This document shows positions 33,828-48,892 of a DNA stretch of 64,000 bases, piece after piece (the first letter of the stretch is position 1; each line of letters starts with the position of its first letter). Origin of the DNA: the human T2T-CHM13v2.0 reference genome, Homo sapiens; NCBI GenBank assembly GCA_009914755.4, contig CP086569.2:14976001-15040000 (forward strand). The letters run 5' to 3'. The notes under the pieces are model-generated. The model saw only the letters and a list, made by a program, of their open reading frames with translations. It searched no databases and had not been told where the DNA came from. The position numbers and the translations under genes were made by a program.

Positions 33828-34844
33828 ATGGGGAAAAAACAGAGCAGAAAAACTGGAAACTCTAAAAAGCAGAGTGCCTCTCCTCCTGCAAAGGAACACA
33901 GCTCCTCACCAGCAATGGAACAAAGCTGGATGGAGAATGACTTTGATGAGTTGAGAGAAGAAGGCTTCAGACGATCAAACTACTCCAAGCTACAGGAGGA
34001 AATTCAAACCACAGGCAAATAAGTTGAAAACTTTGAAAAAAATTTAGACAAATATATAACTAGAATAACTAATACAGAGAAGTGCTTAAAGGAGCTGATG
34101 GAGCTGAAAGCTAAGGCTCGAGAACTACAGGAAGAATGCAGAAGCCTCAGGAGCCGATGTGATCAACTGGAAGAAAGGGTATCAGTGATGGAAGAGGAAA
34201 TGAATGAAATGAAGTGAGAAGGGAAGTATAGAGAAAAAAAGAATAAAAAGAAACGAACAAAGCCTCCAAGAAATATGGGACTATGTGAAAAGACCAAATC
34301 TACGTCTGATTGGTGTACTGGAAAGTGATGGGGAGAATGGAACCAAGTTGGAAAACACTCTGCAGGATATTATCCAGGAGAACTTCCCCAATCTAGCAAG
34401 GCAGGCCAACATTCAGATTCAGGAAATACAGAGAATGCCACAAAGACACTCCTCGAGAAGAGAAACTCCAAGACACATAATTGTCAGATTCACCAAAGTT
34501 GAAATGAAGGAAAAAATGTTAAGGGCAGTCAGAGAGAAAGGTTGGGATACCCACAAAGGGAAGCCCATCAGACTAACAGCGGATCTCTCGGCAGAAACTA
34601 CAAGCCAGAAGAGAGTGGGGGCCAATATTCAACATTCTTAAAGAAAATAATTTTCAACCCAGAATTTCATATCCAGCCAAACTAAGCTTCATAAGTGAAG
34701 GAGAAATAAAATCCTTTACAGAGAAGCAAATGCTGAGAGATTTTGTCACCACCAGGCCTGCCCTAAAAGAGTTCCTGAAGGAAGCACTAAACATGGAAAG
34801 GAACAACTGGTACCAGCTGCTGAAACATCCTGCCAAATTGTAAA
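33828..34844 (+). pseudogene. L1 ORF1 remnant with a premature stop at 34020-34022 (GGCAAAtAAG)
   Basis: Track ORFs 33828..34022 (MGKKQSRKTGNSKKQSASPPAKE...) and 34285..34641 (MKRPNLRLIGVLESDGENGTKLENTLQDIIQENFPNLARQANIQIQEIQR...). The length and the 63-bp spacer to the ORF2 ATG at 34907 are preserved. Confidence 0.8.
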
Positions 34845-34906
34845 GACCATCAAGGCTAGGAAGAAACTGCATCAACTAACAAGCAAAATAACCAGCTAAC
34901 ATCATA

Positions 34907-35791
<885 letters not shown>

Positions 35792-36639
35792 TAACCTTTT
35801 TAATCAGGTAATCAAATACATATGTGCACATATTTACTTATATTTATATTACCTGTAATATTTTTGAGGTTTTTATTCCATTTATTTGTTAAAATTCTCA
35901 TGGTACAATTAAATATTTCCACAGTCACCAATGGATCACATTCTGCAGTTTGAAAACATTCTAATGCAAACTTGAACAACACAGACACTGAAATTCTAAA
36001 CTTGTGTTTAAAAGACTTTACAAAAAATATAGCATCTAAAAATAATTAGTACTGTATTTGAAATAATATCCTTTTCTTTCTCCTCTTAACTTTGTCTTAG
36101 ATACATTTTTTAAAACTTTATGACTACTGAGTATCTCATAGAAATAATTTCTACTCTAAAGTATGATTTTTTTTTTCTATTTATATTGTGTTTAACTATG
36201 TGACATACGAGTGCTAGGGCTAAAAAACCATTAGTTTATATATTTCGCCTATATAAAGCCACTAAAATGGTGATAGTAATTTCATGATGAAATTTTTTAA
36301 TCAACTGGTTATATAAACCAAAATGTATTCTTATTTTTTAGCCACATTGTGGACATTCAGATAAAGAAAATATACCTGTAAGTATGCAAAAACTTTATAT
36401 CTAATGTAGGTCACCATCATGTTGCAAAAATAAACATAAAATCAATTGGCTAAACTTGTCCTTGAACATTTAGTATCCCGGACTAATAGTATGGAAATGT
36501 GCAATTTATTTTATTTTCATTTGTTGTTTTTATTTTACATACAATAATACACAATATCTTGTATTTTAAATTGTGTTTGACAATGTCTTCACTATCTGTC
36601 AGTGAAATATAATTAACTTACAGTGAAAAAAAGAATGCA

Positions 36640-36835
36640 TATTGAGTTAGAATTTGCTGTCAACATTTTAAAATATTTAAAATATTTTAAATGTTTTAAA
36701 AATATATTAATTTAAAATATTTTAAACTTTTTGTGATTTAAAAATATTTAAATTTAAAATTTAAAATATTGCCAACATTTTAAATGTTTTAAAAATATTT
36801 AAATTTAAAATTTTTAAAAATGTTTTAAAGATCTT
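36640..36835. repeat. AT-rich low-complexity tandem duplication (about 60 bp repeated twice), built from (tttaaaa)/(aatattt) motifs
   Basis: caacattttaaaatatttaaaatattttaaatgttttaaaaatat... recurs as ccaacattttaaatgttttaaaaatatttaaatttaaaatttttaaaaatgttttaaa. Confidence 0.5.
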
Positions 36836-37534
36836 TCTACAATTTATATTCTATATTGATCTATCATATTTGCTTAGTTGCTACAATTCACTGGTTGGCC
36901 TCCATATCATCTTAAACAGTGCCATTAAATTATTGACTATAGCTGGGAAGATTGAGAGGGTACCAACTTAGTTTTAATTTACATTTTAAAATATCAGTGA
37001 TTTGCAAAATATTTCTATGGATTAGAAAGATCAGAAAGAAGGTATTTAATCATTACTTTCTGGTCTATTCCATAAATATTTATTGTGAATTTGCTTTGTG
37101 CCAGGCAGAATTTGTACTGGATAGTTGATGTGTAGGTGTGAACAAATAAAGCAGGTTCATGACTTCATGGAATATTTGTTGTACTGGGTGAGAAAGCAGT
37201 AACAAGTAAATGAGTCAATAAACAAGGTTCAAAGTGGGAATTTCATTAAATTACAAAAATAAATACAATAGAATAGTCTATTGTGCTATAGACTGATGGG
37301 GAAGATAGCCTCATAAAAAGCAAAGCAGGATTAGTGCCACCCTCCCTCCCAATGGTATCCTTGCATTAATTCAAATAATGATTTTATTTCCTCAAGAGGT
37401 TTATTGCCATTTGCTGGGAAGTTACTCTATTTTTGCTATTGTAATGCACATCTTCAACGACTTTGATATGAATAACACCTGCTCAATCATAAGCAGCTAC
37501 CTTTTTTCTTAATTTTTAAATAAGTTTTAGAAAC

Positions 37535-37840
37535 AAGGCCTTGTTCTGTTACTGAAGCTGGAGTGCAGTGGCACTATGCAGTGAATGCATAGCTCATTGT
37601 AACCTTGAATTCCTGAGCTCAAGTGATTCTCCTGCCTCAACCTTCTGAGTGTCTGGGCTTAGAGGGACATGCCACTACACCCAGCTAATTTAATTTTTAA
37701 TTTTTTTAACTTTTATTTTTTGTAGAGACATGGTCTTGCTGTGTTTCCCAGGTTGGTCTTGAACTCCTGGAAGAATTAAAGGGATCCTCCCACCTTGGCC
37801 TTCCAAAGTGCTGAGATTACAGACATGTGCCATGGCTTGG
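37535..37840 (-). mobile_element. Alu SINE (older, AluJ-like, diverged)
   Basis: gaagctggagtgcagtggcactatgcagtg...cctgagctcaagtgattctcctgcctcaaccttctgagt...ccaaagtgctgagattacagacatgtgccatggcttggc. Confidence 0.8.
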
Positions 37841-39574
37841 CTGCTGTTTTGAAGACATTGTTAGAGATATTAGCTCACAGTCATTTTGTCTTGTCTGGTA
37901 GTGGAGGTGCTATAGGGACTGATCTCTAGAAGATTTTCCTTTTGGATTAGTTTAATAAGCTTTTGGCACAAATAATGTAGAATCACAGATAATAAAATTC
38001 ATAATAAATTTTAAATGTATTTTTTGATGTTGTTTGTGAGGATTGTTTGTAATACTCTGGGTGCCATATCAGAGAGATTGACACTATCCCCATACATTTC
38101 TTTTGTAGACAACACACCGCCCTTTTCTGTTTGTATTCAGTCAAAGCAGACTGCCCTTTTGAAAATGCTCATCTTTCAATGTGCATGATAGATTAATAAA
38201 ATAGCTATACTCAAGAATAAAAAGAAGTTTCAATAAAATACCATTCAAAAACTTACAATCAAATGGCTAGGCTTATTCTGGGTCATAAAAAGTGGGAACA
38301 TTCCCATTAAATCAGGGATAAGGCTTGAGTGCCTGACATCCCTGCTATTCCACACAACTGTTCTGCAAGACTTAGAAAATGGAGCAAAAAAGAAAAAGAA
38401 AAACTAATAAAATAAAAAATAGTGGAATCATTACTGTTAGTCCAAACTGCACCATTTTGTAAGTTCCTCGCTATTTTGCAAACCTTGCAAGAATGTGAGT
38501 CCAAACTGCACTTTTATGTAAAAGCTCCCCACTATGGTGCAGACCTTGGTTAAAGTGAAACATTTCACAGGGATTCTAAGCTTTGTAACAGCTTAGAACA
38601 CACATCCTCACACCCTCTAGCAAATACCTCATTTTGCTTAATTCTCCAGTTTTCCCGCATATCCTGCCCTTTAAACTGCACCAATTAATTTACACTCTTT
38701 GAAGCCTAAAAGCTTGTGCACCACTAATTTTTTTCCCACAAGTATAAAAACATCATTTCCATTCTTGGAACATCCCATGGAAAAGTAATCAAAGCCAAAC
38801 AACTGGTTTAACTACATGTATTGCATTTTTCCATTGACGAGGGATCTTGACATTCTGTAGAATTTTTGCAGTTTATGAACCACGAATCAGTCACAGTATC
38901 TAATATATTTCTTACTTACTTCTCTACAACCTTGCCTACAATGGCTATTATATGAATTTCTAACCCAGTAAACAAATAATGTGAAGAATTAATATTATTT
39001 GTGAAGTTCACTTATTCAAGGTCAATAAAATTCCATTTAGTATGCAGCTTAAGAACTCATGAAGATTTACATACGTTATCTAGTCACATCCATTATCTAG
39101 TCAAATAGAGAGTGAGCAGATTTATTTTTATTATATTTGTATTCACGTATTCAAGAAGTATTGAAGTTGCTAGGGTCTGCATGTGTTAAATAAGACGAAC
39201 AAGGTTCTCATGGAGTTTACATTTTCTGAGTGGTGAGGGTAGGAAGATTTCAGAGGATATAAAATATGAGAAAAGGGAAAAAATCTTAATGGCAGAATTA
39301 TAAGAAAAAATTCTAACATAGTGGTTCTCAAATGGGGCAGTGTCACTCCCTGGGGGATATTTGACAATGTCTGTAGTCATTTTTGGTTTTTATACCTGAA
39401 AGCAGACTACCACCAGCTTCCAGTGGGTAGTAGAGACCAGGGATGCTTCTAAGCATCCTCCAATTCACAGGTTAGCTCCCACCACAAAGAATTATCCAGA
39501 GACAAATGTCAGTAGTGCTGAAGGGGAGAAACTCTGCTTTCACACTTGACTTCCATAAATGATGTCTCTCTTTT

Positions 39575-39715
39575 TGTTTTTATTTTTATTTTTATTTTAA
39601 GTTCTTGTGTACATATACATGATGTGCAGGTTTGTTACACAGGCAATCATGTGCCATGGTGGTTTGCTGCACCTATCAACCCATCACCTAGGTATTAAGC
39701 CCCTCTCACGCATGC
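39575..39715 (-). mobile_element. L1 extreme 3'-end fragment (3'UTR terminus plus tail)
   Basis: tttttatttttattttaagttcttgtgtacatatacatgatgtgcaggtttgttacacaggcaatcatgtgccatggtggtttgctgcacctatcaacccatcacctaggtattaag is the reverse complement of the L1P 3' end. Confidence 0.55.
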
Positions 39716-41079
39716 AATATAGATAGTATCACTGCTTTGTTATTTACACTATTCAACTTGAATTTAACAAATACTGTTCAAATGATTCCTTGAAAAGAAT
39801 TATTTTTATTTTATGTTGCTTTCTAGATTTATAAATAAAAACAATATTTATAAGTTTAATTTAAAGAGGCTAAAATAAGCCACATTTTAAAATGTGTAGT
39901 TTAATACATCGACATTAAGTTCAAATCAGTAGTGTTTGCAGAAGCACTTTGAATGTAAAGTAAATATTAGTATTTCAACCAAGGAATGTGCATGCCAGTA
40001 TGTTTTCTTTTTGTCTAGTTTTCTCTCTTTTTAAAATTTGGACTGGATCATCTCATCAAATTCCTGTCAAAATTAATATACATTGAATGATAACAACTGC
40101 ATTTAGTATTGTGGTTGTTATTTGAATTGTTTTAATCATCCTAGGAAAGATTATTAAGAAGACTTTCTATTTTTGTAACAATATGAAACTGGTTTTAATT
40201 TGACTTAGTTTCATCTTTATAGAAATCATATAAAAAATGAGTGTTTCAATCTTTACCTAATTCATATGACTTAAGGAAGTTAAAAATAAGATAAAATAAA
40301 ACAAAAACCTCTAAGATGAAACAAAATTTGATTTCCTCAAATATTTGATACTAAAATATGTCAAGGACAAAATTTGAAAGCACTTGTCAATTAAGATAAA
40401 ATGTCAGTGGAGCTATTCCCATCATGAATATTTATAAGGGGAATGATAAAGAATCCACATGTATTTGAAATGCACTCACAACATGTTTTTTGAAGTACAA
40501 AGATACCAAATTGTTTAGCAAAACTCTGACATCCTTTTTTTTTGGTCATTGACAGAACAAGTCAGCATAAATAAATAAAAATGTAGAGAATTTGAGCAAT
40601 GTGACCAATAATGTTGGTTAATAGATGCAAATTAATCAAAGTGCTCTTTTGGTTTTAGCAAGTGTATACATGTTGGTTCACCATAAAGGAACATGTTAGG
40701 CAATAAATGAAATATACTAAACTTAAAAAAATAATAAAAATTTTGAAAATATTCTTTCACCTGAACAAATGAAAATAAACACACAGGCATAATTTGATAA
40801 TGTTATTGTAACAATAATGTTCCTGCTCCCACCAAAGCAGCAGCAAACTGACAACTGGGAAATTAGCCTCACTCACCCAAATAAGAGGACATTAAGCACC
40901 CTCAGAGAGGAAACACAGAGCCTATTAAACTTTGCCTCTCTCCTTCTTCCCTATCATACTACCCCCAGCCAGTTCCTTCAAAAACACTTATCTGAAATAT
41001 CTTTTAAAATTTCTAGAGTAGTTTTAGGTTTACAGGTAAGTTGAACAGAAAATAGAGTTCCCTATACCTCCTGCCCTGA

Positions 41080-42960
41080 CACATGCACAGTCACCCCAGC
41101 ATTGCCACATTATTATCATCTAAAGTCCATACTTTAGATTAGGGTTCACTCTTGGTGTTGTACAATCTATGAGTCTTGACAAATGCATAATGGAATGCCT
41201 CCACTAACATTATAGGACCATACCAAAGAGTTTCATGGCCCTAAAAATCCTCTGTGCTCTAGCTATTGATCCCTTCCTCCCCACTAACCTTTGGCATGTA
41301 TTGATCTTTTTACCACTGTCTCCATGGTTCTGTACCACGAAGTTTCATAGAGTTGGAATTTCATAGAGTTGGAATCACATTGTATGCAGCCTTTTCAGTA
41401 TTGGCTTCTTCAGATCGGTTTATTTCACTGAGTAATATGCATTTGACATTTCTACATGACTTTTTATAACTTGATAGCTGATTATTTTAAAGCAGTGAAT
41501 AATATTCTGCTTTCTGAATGTTCGGCAGCTTATTTATCCATTCATCTCCTGAAGGATATCTTGGTTGCTTTCAAGTTTGACAATGATGACTAAAGCCACT
41601 ATAATCATCTGAATGCAGGATTTTGTGTAGACATGTTTTCAGTTCATTTGGATGAATACTTAGGAGTGTGGTTGCTGAATCTCATGGTTAGAGTATGCCT
41701 AGTTTTGTAAGAAGCTGTCAAACTTTCTTCTAAAGTGATCATACCATTCTGCATTTCCATGATCAATCGCTAAATAAGGGTTTTTGTTGCTTCACGTCCT
41801 TGTTAGCATTTGATGTTGAATTGTTTTGGATTTTCACCATTGTAGGTGTGTATGCTATCTTGTTGTTTTAATTTGCAACTCCTGAATGATATATGATGTT
41901 GAGCATCTTTTTATATACTTCTTTCATATAACATCTGTATCTCATCTTTGTTGAGGTATCTATTAAGGGCCTTTCTCCATTTTTTAAGAAAGTTGTCTAT
42001 TTTCTTCTTGTTTAATTTCAAGACATTTTTAATATATTGTAGATAGCAGACCTTTATCAAGTATGTATTTTGCAAATATTTTCTTCCAGTCTGCTGTTTG
42101 TATTCTCGTTCTATCCATAATGTATTTTGCAGAGCAGAATTTTTTTAAATTTTTTCTTTTTTTCCTTTTTTTTTGCAGATGGGGTCTTACTCTCTCAGGC
42201 AGACTTGAGTGCAGTGTTATGATCTCAGCTCACTGCAACCTCCCCCTCCCTGGTTAAAGCGATTCTTCTGCCTCAGCCTCTCAAGTAGCTGGGAATAGAG
42301 GCACATGCCACCATGCCTGGCAAATTTTGGTATTTTAGTAGAATTGGGGTATCACCATATTGAGCAGGCTGGTCTCAAGCACCTGACATTGAGATCTGCC
42401 TGCCTTGGCCTCCAAAAGTGCTGGGATAACAGGTATAAGCCACTGCACCCGGCTGCAATTTTTTAATTTTAGTGAAGTCTCGTTCATCAATTTTTTCTTT
42501 AATGGGTCATGCCTTTGGTGTTGTATCTAAAAAGTCATAGTTAAACTCAAGTAGTTTAGATTTTCTCCAGTGTTATTTTCTAGGAGCTTGATAGTACCTA
42601 GGCCTGTGATCTGTTTTGAATTGATTTCTGGAAGAGTATAAGGTGTGTATCTAGATTTGCTTTTCACATGTGGATGATCAATTATTTGTTCCAGCTCCAT
42701 TTGTTGAAAGACCATCTTTTCTCCATTGCATTGCCTTTGCTACTTTGTCAAAGATAATTTGTCTATGTTTATGGGGGTCAATTTCTAAAGATCTCTATAT
42801 TGTTTTCTTCACTGATTTGTCTATTCTTTTGCCAATATCACACTGTCTTAATTGTAAAGCATTTTCTTACTCATGTATTTATTTATATTTTGACCATTTC
42901 TACAATCTTATCTATGTATTTTGTTCAGTGCATCAAAAAGTAAATATGCTTAAATAAATA
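41080..42960 (-). mobile_element. Ancient L1 (L1M-type) ORF2 3'-region fragments, interrupted by the Alu at 42150-42465
   Basis: Typical L1M reverse-complement motifs are present, including ...catctttttatatacttctttcatataacatctgtatctcatctttgttgaggtatctattaagggcctttctccattttttaa...agcagacctttatcaagtatgtattttgcaaatattttcttccagtctgctgtttg..., and the match resumes after the Alu. Boundaries and subfamily are uncertain. Confidence 0.5.
42150..42465 (-). mobile_element. Alu SINE inserted into the ancient L1
   Basis: T-run then gcagatggggtcttactctctcaggcagacttgagtgcagtgttatgatctcagctcactgcaacctcc... ending in ...aggtataagccactgcacccggctgc. Confidence 0.85.
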
Positions 42961-44379
42961 ATTATAGTTAAAGAGGAAAAGAAAGTACCAACTATGTTCA
43001 TTAGGAACCATGTTGATAATGGAGCATGATTGGCAAACAAGACATTGGCACTTGGTGGCATTAATAATCAGAAATCACTAAATATTGAAGTGTATAGAAT
43101 ACAGTTAATATGTATTTAGAGGAAAGTTCATATTCATAAGAGTTTTCCACATGAAACAAATAAATAAAAATATATTCTCTAAACTTACTTTGTTACAAAT
43201 AGGAAACAAAAACTGGACAAAGCTGAAAAGCACAATGAACTAAGTATCAATAAATGTGGGAATTAATGAGTTAGAATAAAATCTGAATCTTTAAAAGAAA
43301 ACCATAAATGACAAGTTAAGATAAATGTGACAGCTGAATATATAACCTATTTCTCTGCTCCTGACACAAGAAAGAAAAATTAAACAAGGAAAATGTAAGA
43401 AAATAATAAAGATCATTATATATTATGCGGTGTGGCATAAACTATTTTTATTGAATAGCTGATTTTTCACAATTCAGTTCCTCTAATGCCAAATTCTCCT
43501 AAGGCAAGTTATTACTTTTTCATATTCTCAGTTTGCCAAATTTGCCAAAAACATGTTTAAGGAATTCATCTTAAATATAGTGAATGAATTTGAGTTATTT
43601 TTCCTCACTAAGTCTTTCCTAATGAAGGGTTCTTATCCAAACCACACAATATAAAAATTATTTTAATCTTCTTTTTTTACAACTAGTAGTGGCAGGTGCA
43701 CAGAAGAAAGGTCATTGCTGTAGGGATTAATTCTCTCAAACAACCTGTGTTGAGAGGAGCTACATGGACTTAATCACTTTTTGTGGGTATATTCTTCTTC
43801 CATATCATTGAATAATAAATATTTAACTCTAAAATTTTCAAATAAATTCATATTAAAACAATAGAATTTTTTATCTATGATATAGTGGTATTAGACTATC
43901 AAGTATTATTAATCATATCAGCTATTATACTTTAGGGAGGGTTTTTTTTTAAAACCTATTAAATCCTTTAATCAACCAAGAGTACTCCAAAACATGTAAG
44001 AAATTGTCAGATAAATACACAAAGTGCATACCACGGGACTGATAAACAAATTACAATAATAGAAATCAAAACATGGCAACTGACACAGTTGTGAATTTCT
44101 TGAGGTGGTAAATACTTACAATCCTCTCATCATCCTTGTAAGGCAGATGTGACAATCTCTGCTTTGCACAGGAAATATTTGAGAATAAAGATTATTAGAG
44201 TGGATAAGAAATACTCTATATTTAATCTCACTAAGCAATGGCAGAGTAAGAATTTGAATCCTAATCTCTGTAACTCCATCCAAACCTTCATTACTTTCCA
44301 TACTGTCAGACTAAGAATAAGTCAAGGATATAATAAAAAATGTCACATAAGATCATTTTAAATACAAACAGGCAGAGTC

Positions 44380-45000
44380 TGTACATAAATGCACAGAAGC
44401 ATCTTTACAGAGAGTTTTGAGTATGCAGAGACTAATTGTCCACCAACAGATGAATGAATAAAGCAAATGTGACACTGATTCACAATACAGTACTATTTGG
44501 CTATAAAAGAGAATAAGATCCTGTCATTTGCAACAATATGGATGGAACTGGCAATCATTATGTTAAATGAAATAAGTCAGGTACAGAAAGACAAACATCA
44601 CATGTTCTTATTTATTTGTGGGATCTAAAAACTAAAACAGTTGAACTCATGGAGACAAGGAGTAGAAGGATGGTTACTAGAGGCTGGGAAAGGTAGTTCA
44701 GGGGTAGAGGAGATGAAGATAGTTAATGGATATCAAAAAAATAGGAAGAATGAATAAGACCTAGTATTTGATAGCACAACAGAGTGACTACAGAACATAA
44801 TAATTTAATTGTGCATTTTAAGATAACCAAAAGAATACAATTGGATCATTTATAACACAAAGGAAAAATGCTTGAGGAAATGGATACCTTATTTTCCATA
44901 ATGTGATTATGATGTATTGCATGCTTATAGCAAAATATCTCATGTACCCCATAAATACATACATGTGTCCACAAAAATTTAAAATGTATTAAAAAATAAA
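44380..45000 (+). mobile_element. Older L1 (L1PB/L1MA-like) 3'-end fragment, a paralogue of the one at 300-990
   Basis: ...gcaacaatatggatggaactggcaatcattatgttaaatgaaataagtcaggtacagaaagacaaacatcacatgttcttatttatttgtgggatctaaaaactaaaacagttgaactcatggagacaaggagtagaaggatggttactagagg... ending in ...catgtaccccataaatacatacatgtgtccacaaaaatttaaaatgtattaaaaaataaaa. Confidence 0.7.
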
Positions 45001-46636
45001 ATAATCAATATAATATTTTAAAATATGCACAGGTTGTCTCTAATGACTAGTTCTGCCATTTCTTACAGATCAGTCTAATTTTTCTTGTTATATGTTAGCT
45101 TTATATATATATATTTATATATCATAAAAAGAGAAAACTAAAATACATAATACCAGAAAATTAAATCAATGTGTAATTAAATCTTTAAATCAATATGTAG
45201 ACAAAACTGTATAAAATATAACAAGGAGGCAAAAAAAGAAATTAAAAATTTAGGCATGAGAAATTGAATAGGACAGAGAAAAGATATTAAACAATTTTAA
45301 GGCAACACTATGTGCAAATCCCCAAAGACAAATTAGAAAATATTAGAGAAATATCATTAGAAAATATAAATTATCAAAATTACACCTATAGTTAAAGTTG
45401 GAATGTGTATAAATCAATAAAGAAAAAAATGGAAAGGCAAAACAAAAAAAAAAGGAAATTACATTCGAGAGTCTGGGATCACACAGAGTACATTGTAACT
45501 CAAATAAAAAAATAAAATCAATTTATGCCTTGCATATGCACACACATACACAGTGGGAACCCATTGTATTGTCAGACTCTTGATCTGATGAATACAGAGT
45601 GGAAAGGCATAGTACATTTCAGTGCATTTAACTCTTGCACCTTGCTTTTAACTCTTTTTCAGAAAGCTAAAATGTAGAACAGATACAAAGGGAGCTGTTC
45701 TATTTGGAAAGGAGAATTGTGGGTGGGAGAGAAGGCAGGACAGCAAGTGGAACATCACCTACTGTTCTCAGTTGCTTGGCAGAACCTCAACCCTCATTAA
45801 ATCCACTTCATTGCCTCTTCCACAACTGCACCTGAACAGCCATATATAGCTGGAGAAAAACTCACAACCCAGTGGATCAGTCTCTTTAAAGACAATATCA
45901 TTATTTTCAAGGGGGCTTTCCTGAGCTTATTTACTTCCCTAAATACCCAAAGCATTCAGTCATCAAAATTGATTTCATGCTGGAACCACCTAGGTAGTTT
46001 TAAAAGACACTGACGCTGGGGTCGCAATCCCCAAAAAAATTCTTAGGAAATTGGTCTTGGGTGTGGCCCGGGCATGCCAATTATTAAAATAGTTCTGATT
46101 AATTCCAGAGGCAAATTTGAGAGAAGCTTACTTAGAAATCACTTGGAGATGTTACTGAAATACAGATTTTGACTTTTTTGATGTGGGGCAATTCTTCATT
46201 TCTAACAAGCTTCAAGTCACACCGATGTTGCTGGTCTATAGACCACATTCTGAATAGCAGGGACCTAGAGTCTTATTTCTCACCTTCTCCTGTCTCCTCA
46301 GAAATGTCCAATAGTCCTTCTGTCTTCCATTCTCACTCTAAGTGCATGACCTTGGTTCCCATTTTACTAGGAAAATCCAAGCCCATCAGTAGGGAGATTT
46401 TACAAGCTCTGACCTCCACCCTACCCACCTACAAGCCCATCATGCCCACATACTCTGCCTTCACTCCTGTGACTTCAAACCACCTTTGTTCCTATCTAAT
46501 GAAAGCACCCATCTTTTACAGCAGAGTGGACCTCTCTATCTCTTTGACAAATCTCCCTCTCTCTGTCATCACCTCATCACCAAGGATGAGACTACTACAT
46601 TCAGAAGCATGCTAGAACCCTATAATCCTAACAGAA

Positions 46637-46980
46637 AGCAAGGAAGGAAGGAAGGAAGGAAGGAAGAAAGGAAAGAAGGAAGGAAGGAAGGAAGGAAGGA
46701 AGGAAGGAAGGCAGGCCAGCCAGAGGGGAGGGGAGGGGTCACCTCTTCTGTAAGGAGCAATATGGAGGGAGGGAGGGAGGGAGAGAGGGAAGGAGGAGAG
46801 GGGAGGGGGGTCACCTGTCCCGTAAGGAGCAATATGGAGTGAGGGAGGGAGGGAGGGAAAGAGGGGAGGGGAGGGGAGGGGAAAGAAGGAGGGAAGGAAA
46901 AAAGAAAGGGGGGAAGGGATGGAGGGAGGGAGAGAGGAAGGAAGGAAGGAGGAAGGGAGGGAAGGAAGTAAGGAAGGAAT
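46637..46980 (+). repeat. Compound GGAA/GGGA polypurine microsatellite, about 340 bp, with two embedded copies of a roughly 35-bp non-repeat motif
   Basis: The top strand runs (aaggaagg)n... and (gggagggagggagg). Two embedded copies, gtcacctcttctgtaaggagcaatatggagggagggagg and gtcacctgtcccgtaaggagcaatatggagtgagggagg, sit about 70 bp apart. The overlapping track ORFs 46486..46842 on the plus strand and 46620..46994 on the minus strand are translation artefacts of this array. Confidence 0.9.
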
Positions 46981-48489
46981 CTCTTTCTTATCACAATTTC
47001 ATTTTCTAAATCAGGTTTTCTTCACAACTGACCAGTGAACATGACGTTTTTCTCAGTCACCAATGACCTTCACATTGCTGCATGTAATGCTAATCTCAGC
47101 CCTGAGCTGACTGAACCTACACCAGTGTGTGAATTAATAAGTATTCTTTCTCAGGCAAAAGGAGAGAGAATGGAAATAAAGTATCATGGGCAGAGGAAGG
47201 TAGTAGGAGAATTGACTGCATCATCTGAAAGGAGTCATAGTTTTAAGTGGTCTTGAATAATTAAAAAACTCAAAAAAACTTATTCCAAGTTGTTTTTAAT
47301 TCTACTGAGGGCAGGTAAAGAAATTTAATATTAAAAGGTACAGAACATAAAAAAGATTGAGGATTGTCTTATTACAGTCAAGGAAAAGGAAGTGGGAGAA
47401 AATGGATGAATGAAATCTTAGAAGGAATAGGGCCAGATTTTGACAGACTTTTCTCCACAAAGGAGAAGTTAAGCTAAAATGAAGGGACACAGCTTTGCCC
47501 AGTGATACCAAAATTTGGAGGGTGAAAAGTGTTTAAAGATTATGCAAATTGCACTGACATTTGCAAGCAACAATGCGTGTATTCCTTTAGCAATATAGGG
47601 GAAAATATCTCAGGTAGGTCTCAACCTTTTATTTTGGAAAAATCTTTAGTTTAATATGATTGAAGTTGTATATATATACACATATGTGTGGTATTATTTA
47701 TGTATACATATTCTAATGAAATCGTCCTATTTGGACTACAATGAAAACCAGTAGTTCTTTCCTATACACTTCTCCATTTCTGGCACTGCAAATGCAGGCA
47801 TTTTAACTATTATAGCTGTTTTTTGAAGATATTTACTTTCTTTTTTAAAAATACCCAGAATTTTTTATTTTTTGTTTCAAAAATTATCTAGCTATTACTT
47901 ATTGGTTTATCTCTCTTATCATTTCCACTACTACTTTGCCTCTTCTACTCCCTCTCCGCTTATAATGAACACAAGAATTGGCTAAATCAAGTATACTTTG
48001 TTTATGTTATTAAGGCTGTATTTCAATTGTTCACAGTCAAACCATGTGATAAACAATTATTGCATTCCTTTCTATTAAAGTTCTTTTGTTTTCCTTGGAG
48101 TAAGCAATTACCTTTTGTTTACTTCTGTAATTTTTATGTATTTTCTTGAATTGTCTCCGCTTCTACCACAGAAATATATGCCTGTTTTCAAAAGAAACAG
48201 AAACACCTGTGTCTTCTTGGACCACTGAATTCACTGGGTCCGGACATGCTGCATAGTTTTGATATTTTAATTTCTTGTCACCATATTTCTCTCGTAATTT
48301 CTTTAGTTTCTCACTTGTGTTGGCACTACTACATCTTTACGCTCAGTCCTTTTCTATTTTGGTAAAGCACACCCTTTAGTAATTTCCTCAGAAAAGATGA
48401 TACATTTTTCAGACTTTATATCTGAAAATATTTGTAGTGTATACTCATATTTGACTGGTAAATTTACCTGGCCTTGTATAATATTCTAG

Positions 48490-48892
<403 letters not shown>

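Noticed and set aside
43170-45480. A-rich stretches at 43170-43440 and 45050-45480 that resemble sense-strand ancient L1 ORF sequence
   Set aside because: They are plausibly L1M/L1ME internal fragments, but the match to my memory of the consensus is too weak, so I did not list them as features.
46169-46994. Overlapping ORFs of 148 aa and 118 aa on the plus strand and 124 aa on the minus strand, rich in EGRK or LPS/F repeats
   Set aside because: They are translations of the GGAA/GGGA microsatellite and its flank, which gives (EGRK)n in one frame and (LPSF)n on the other strand. Not coding.
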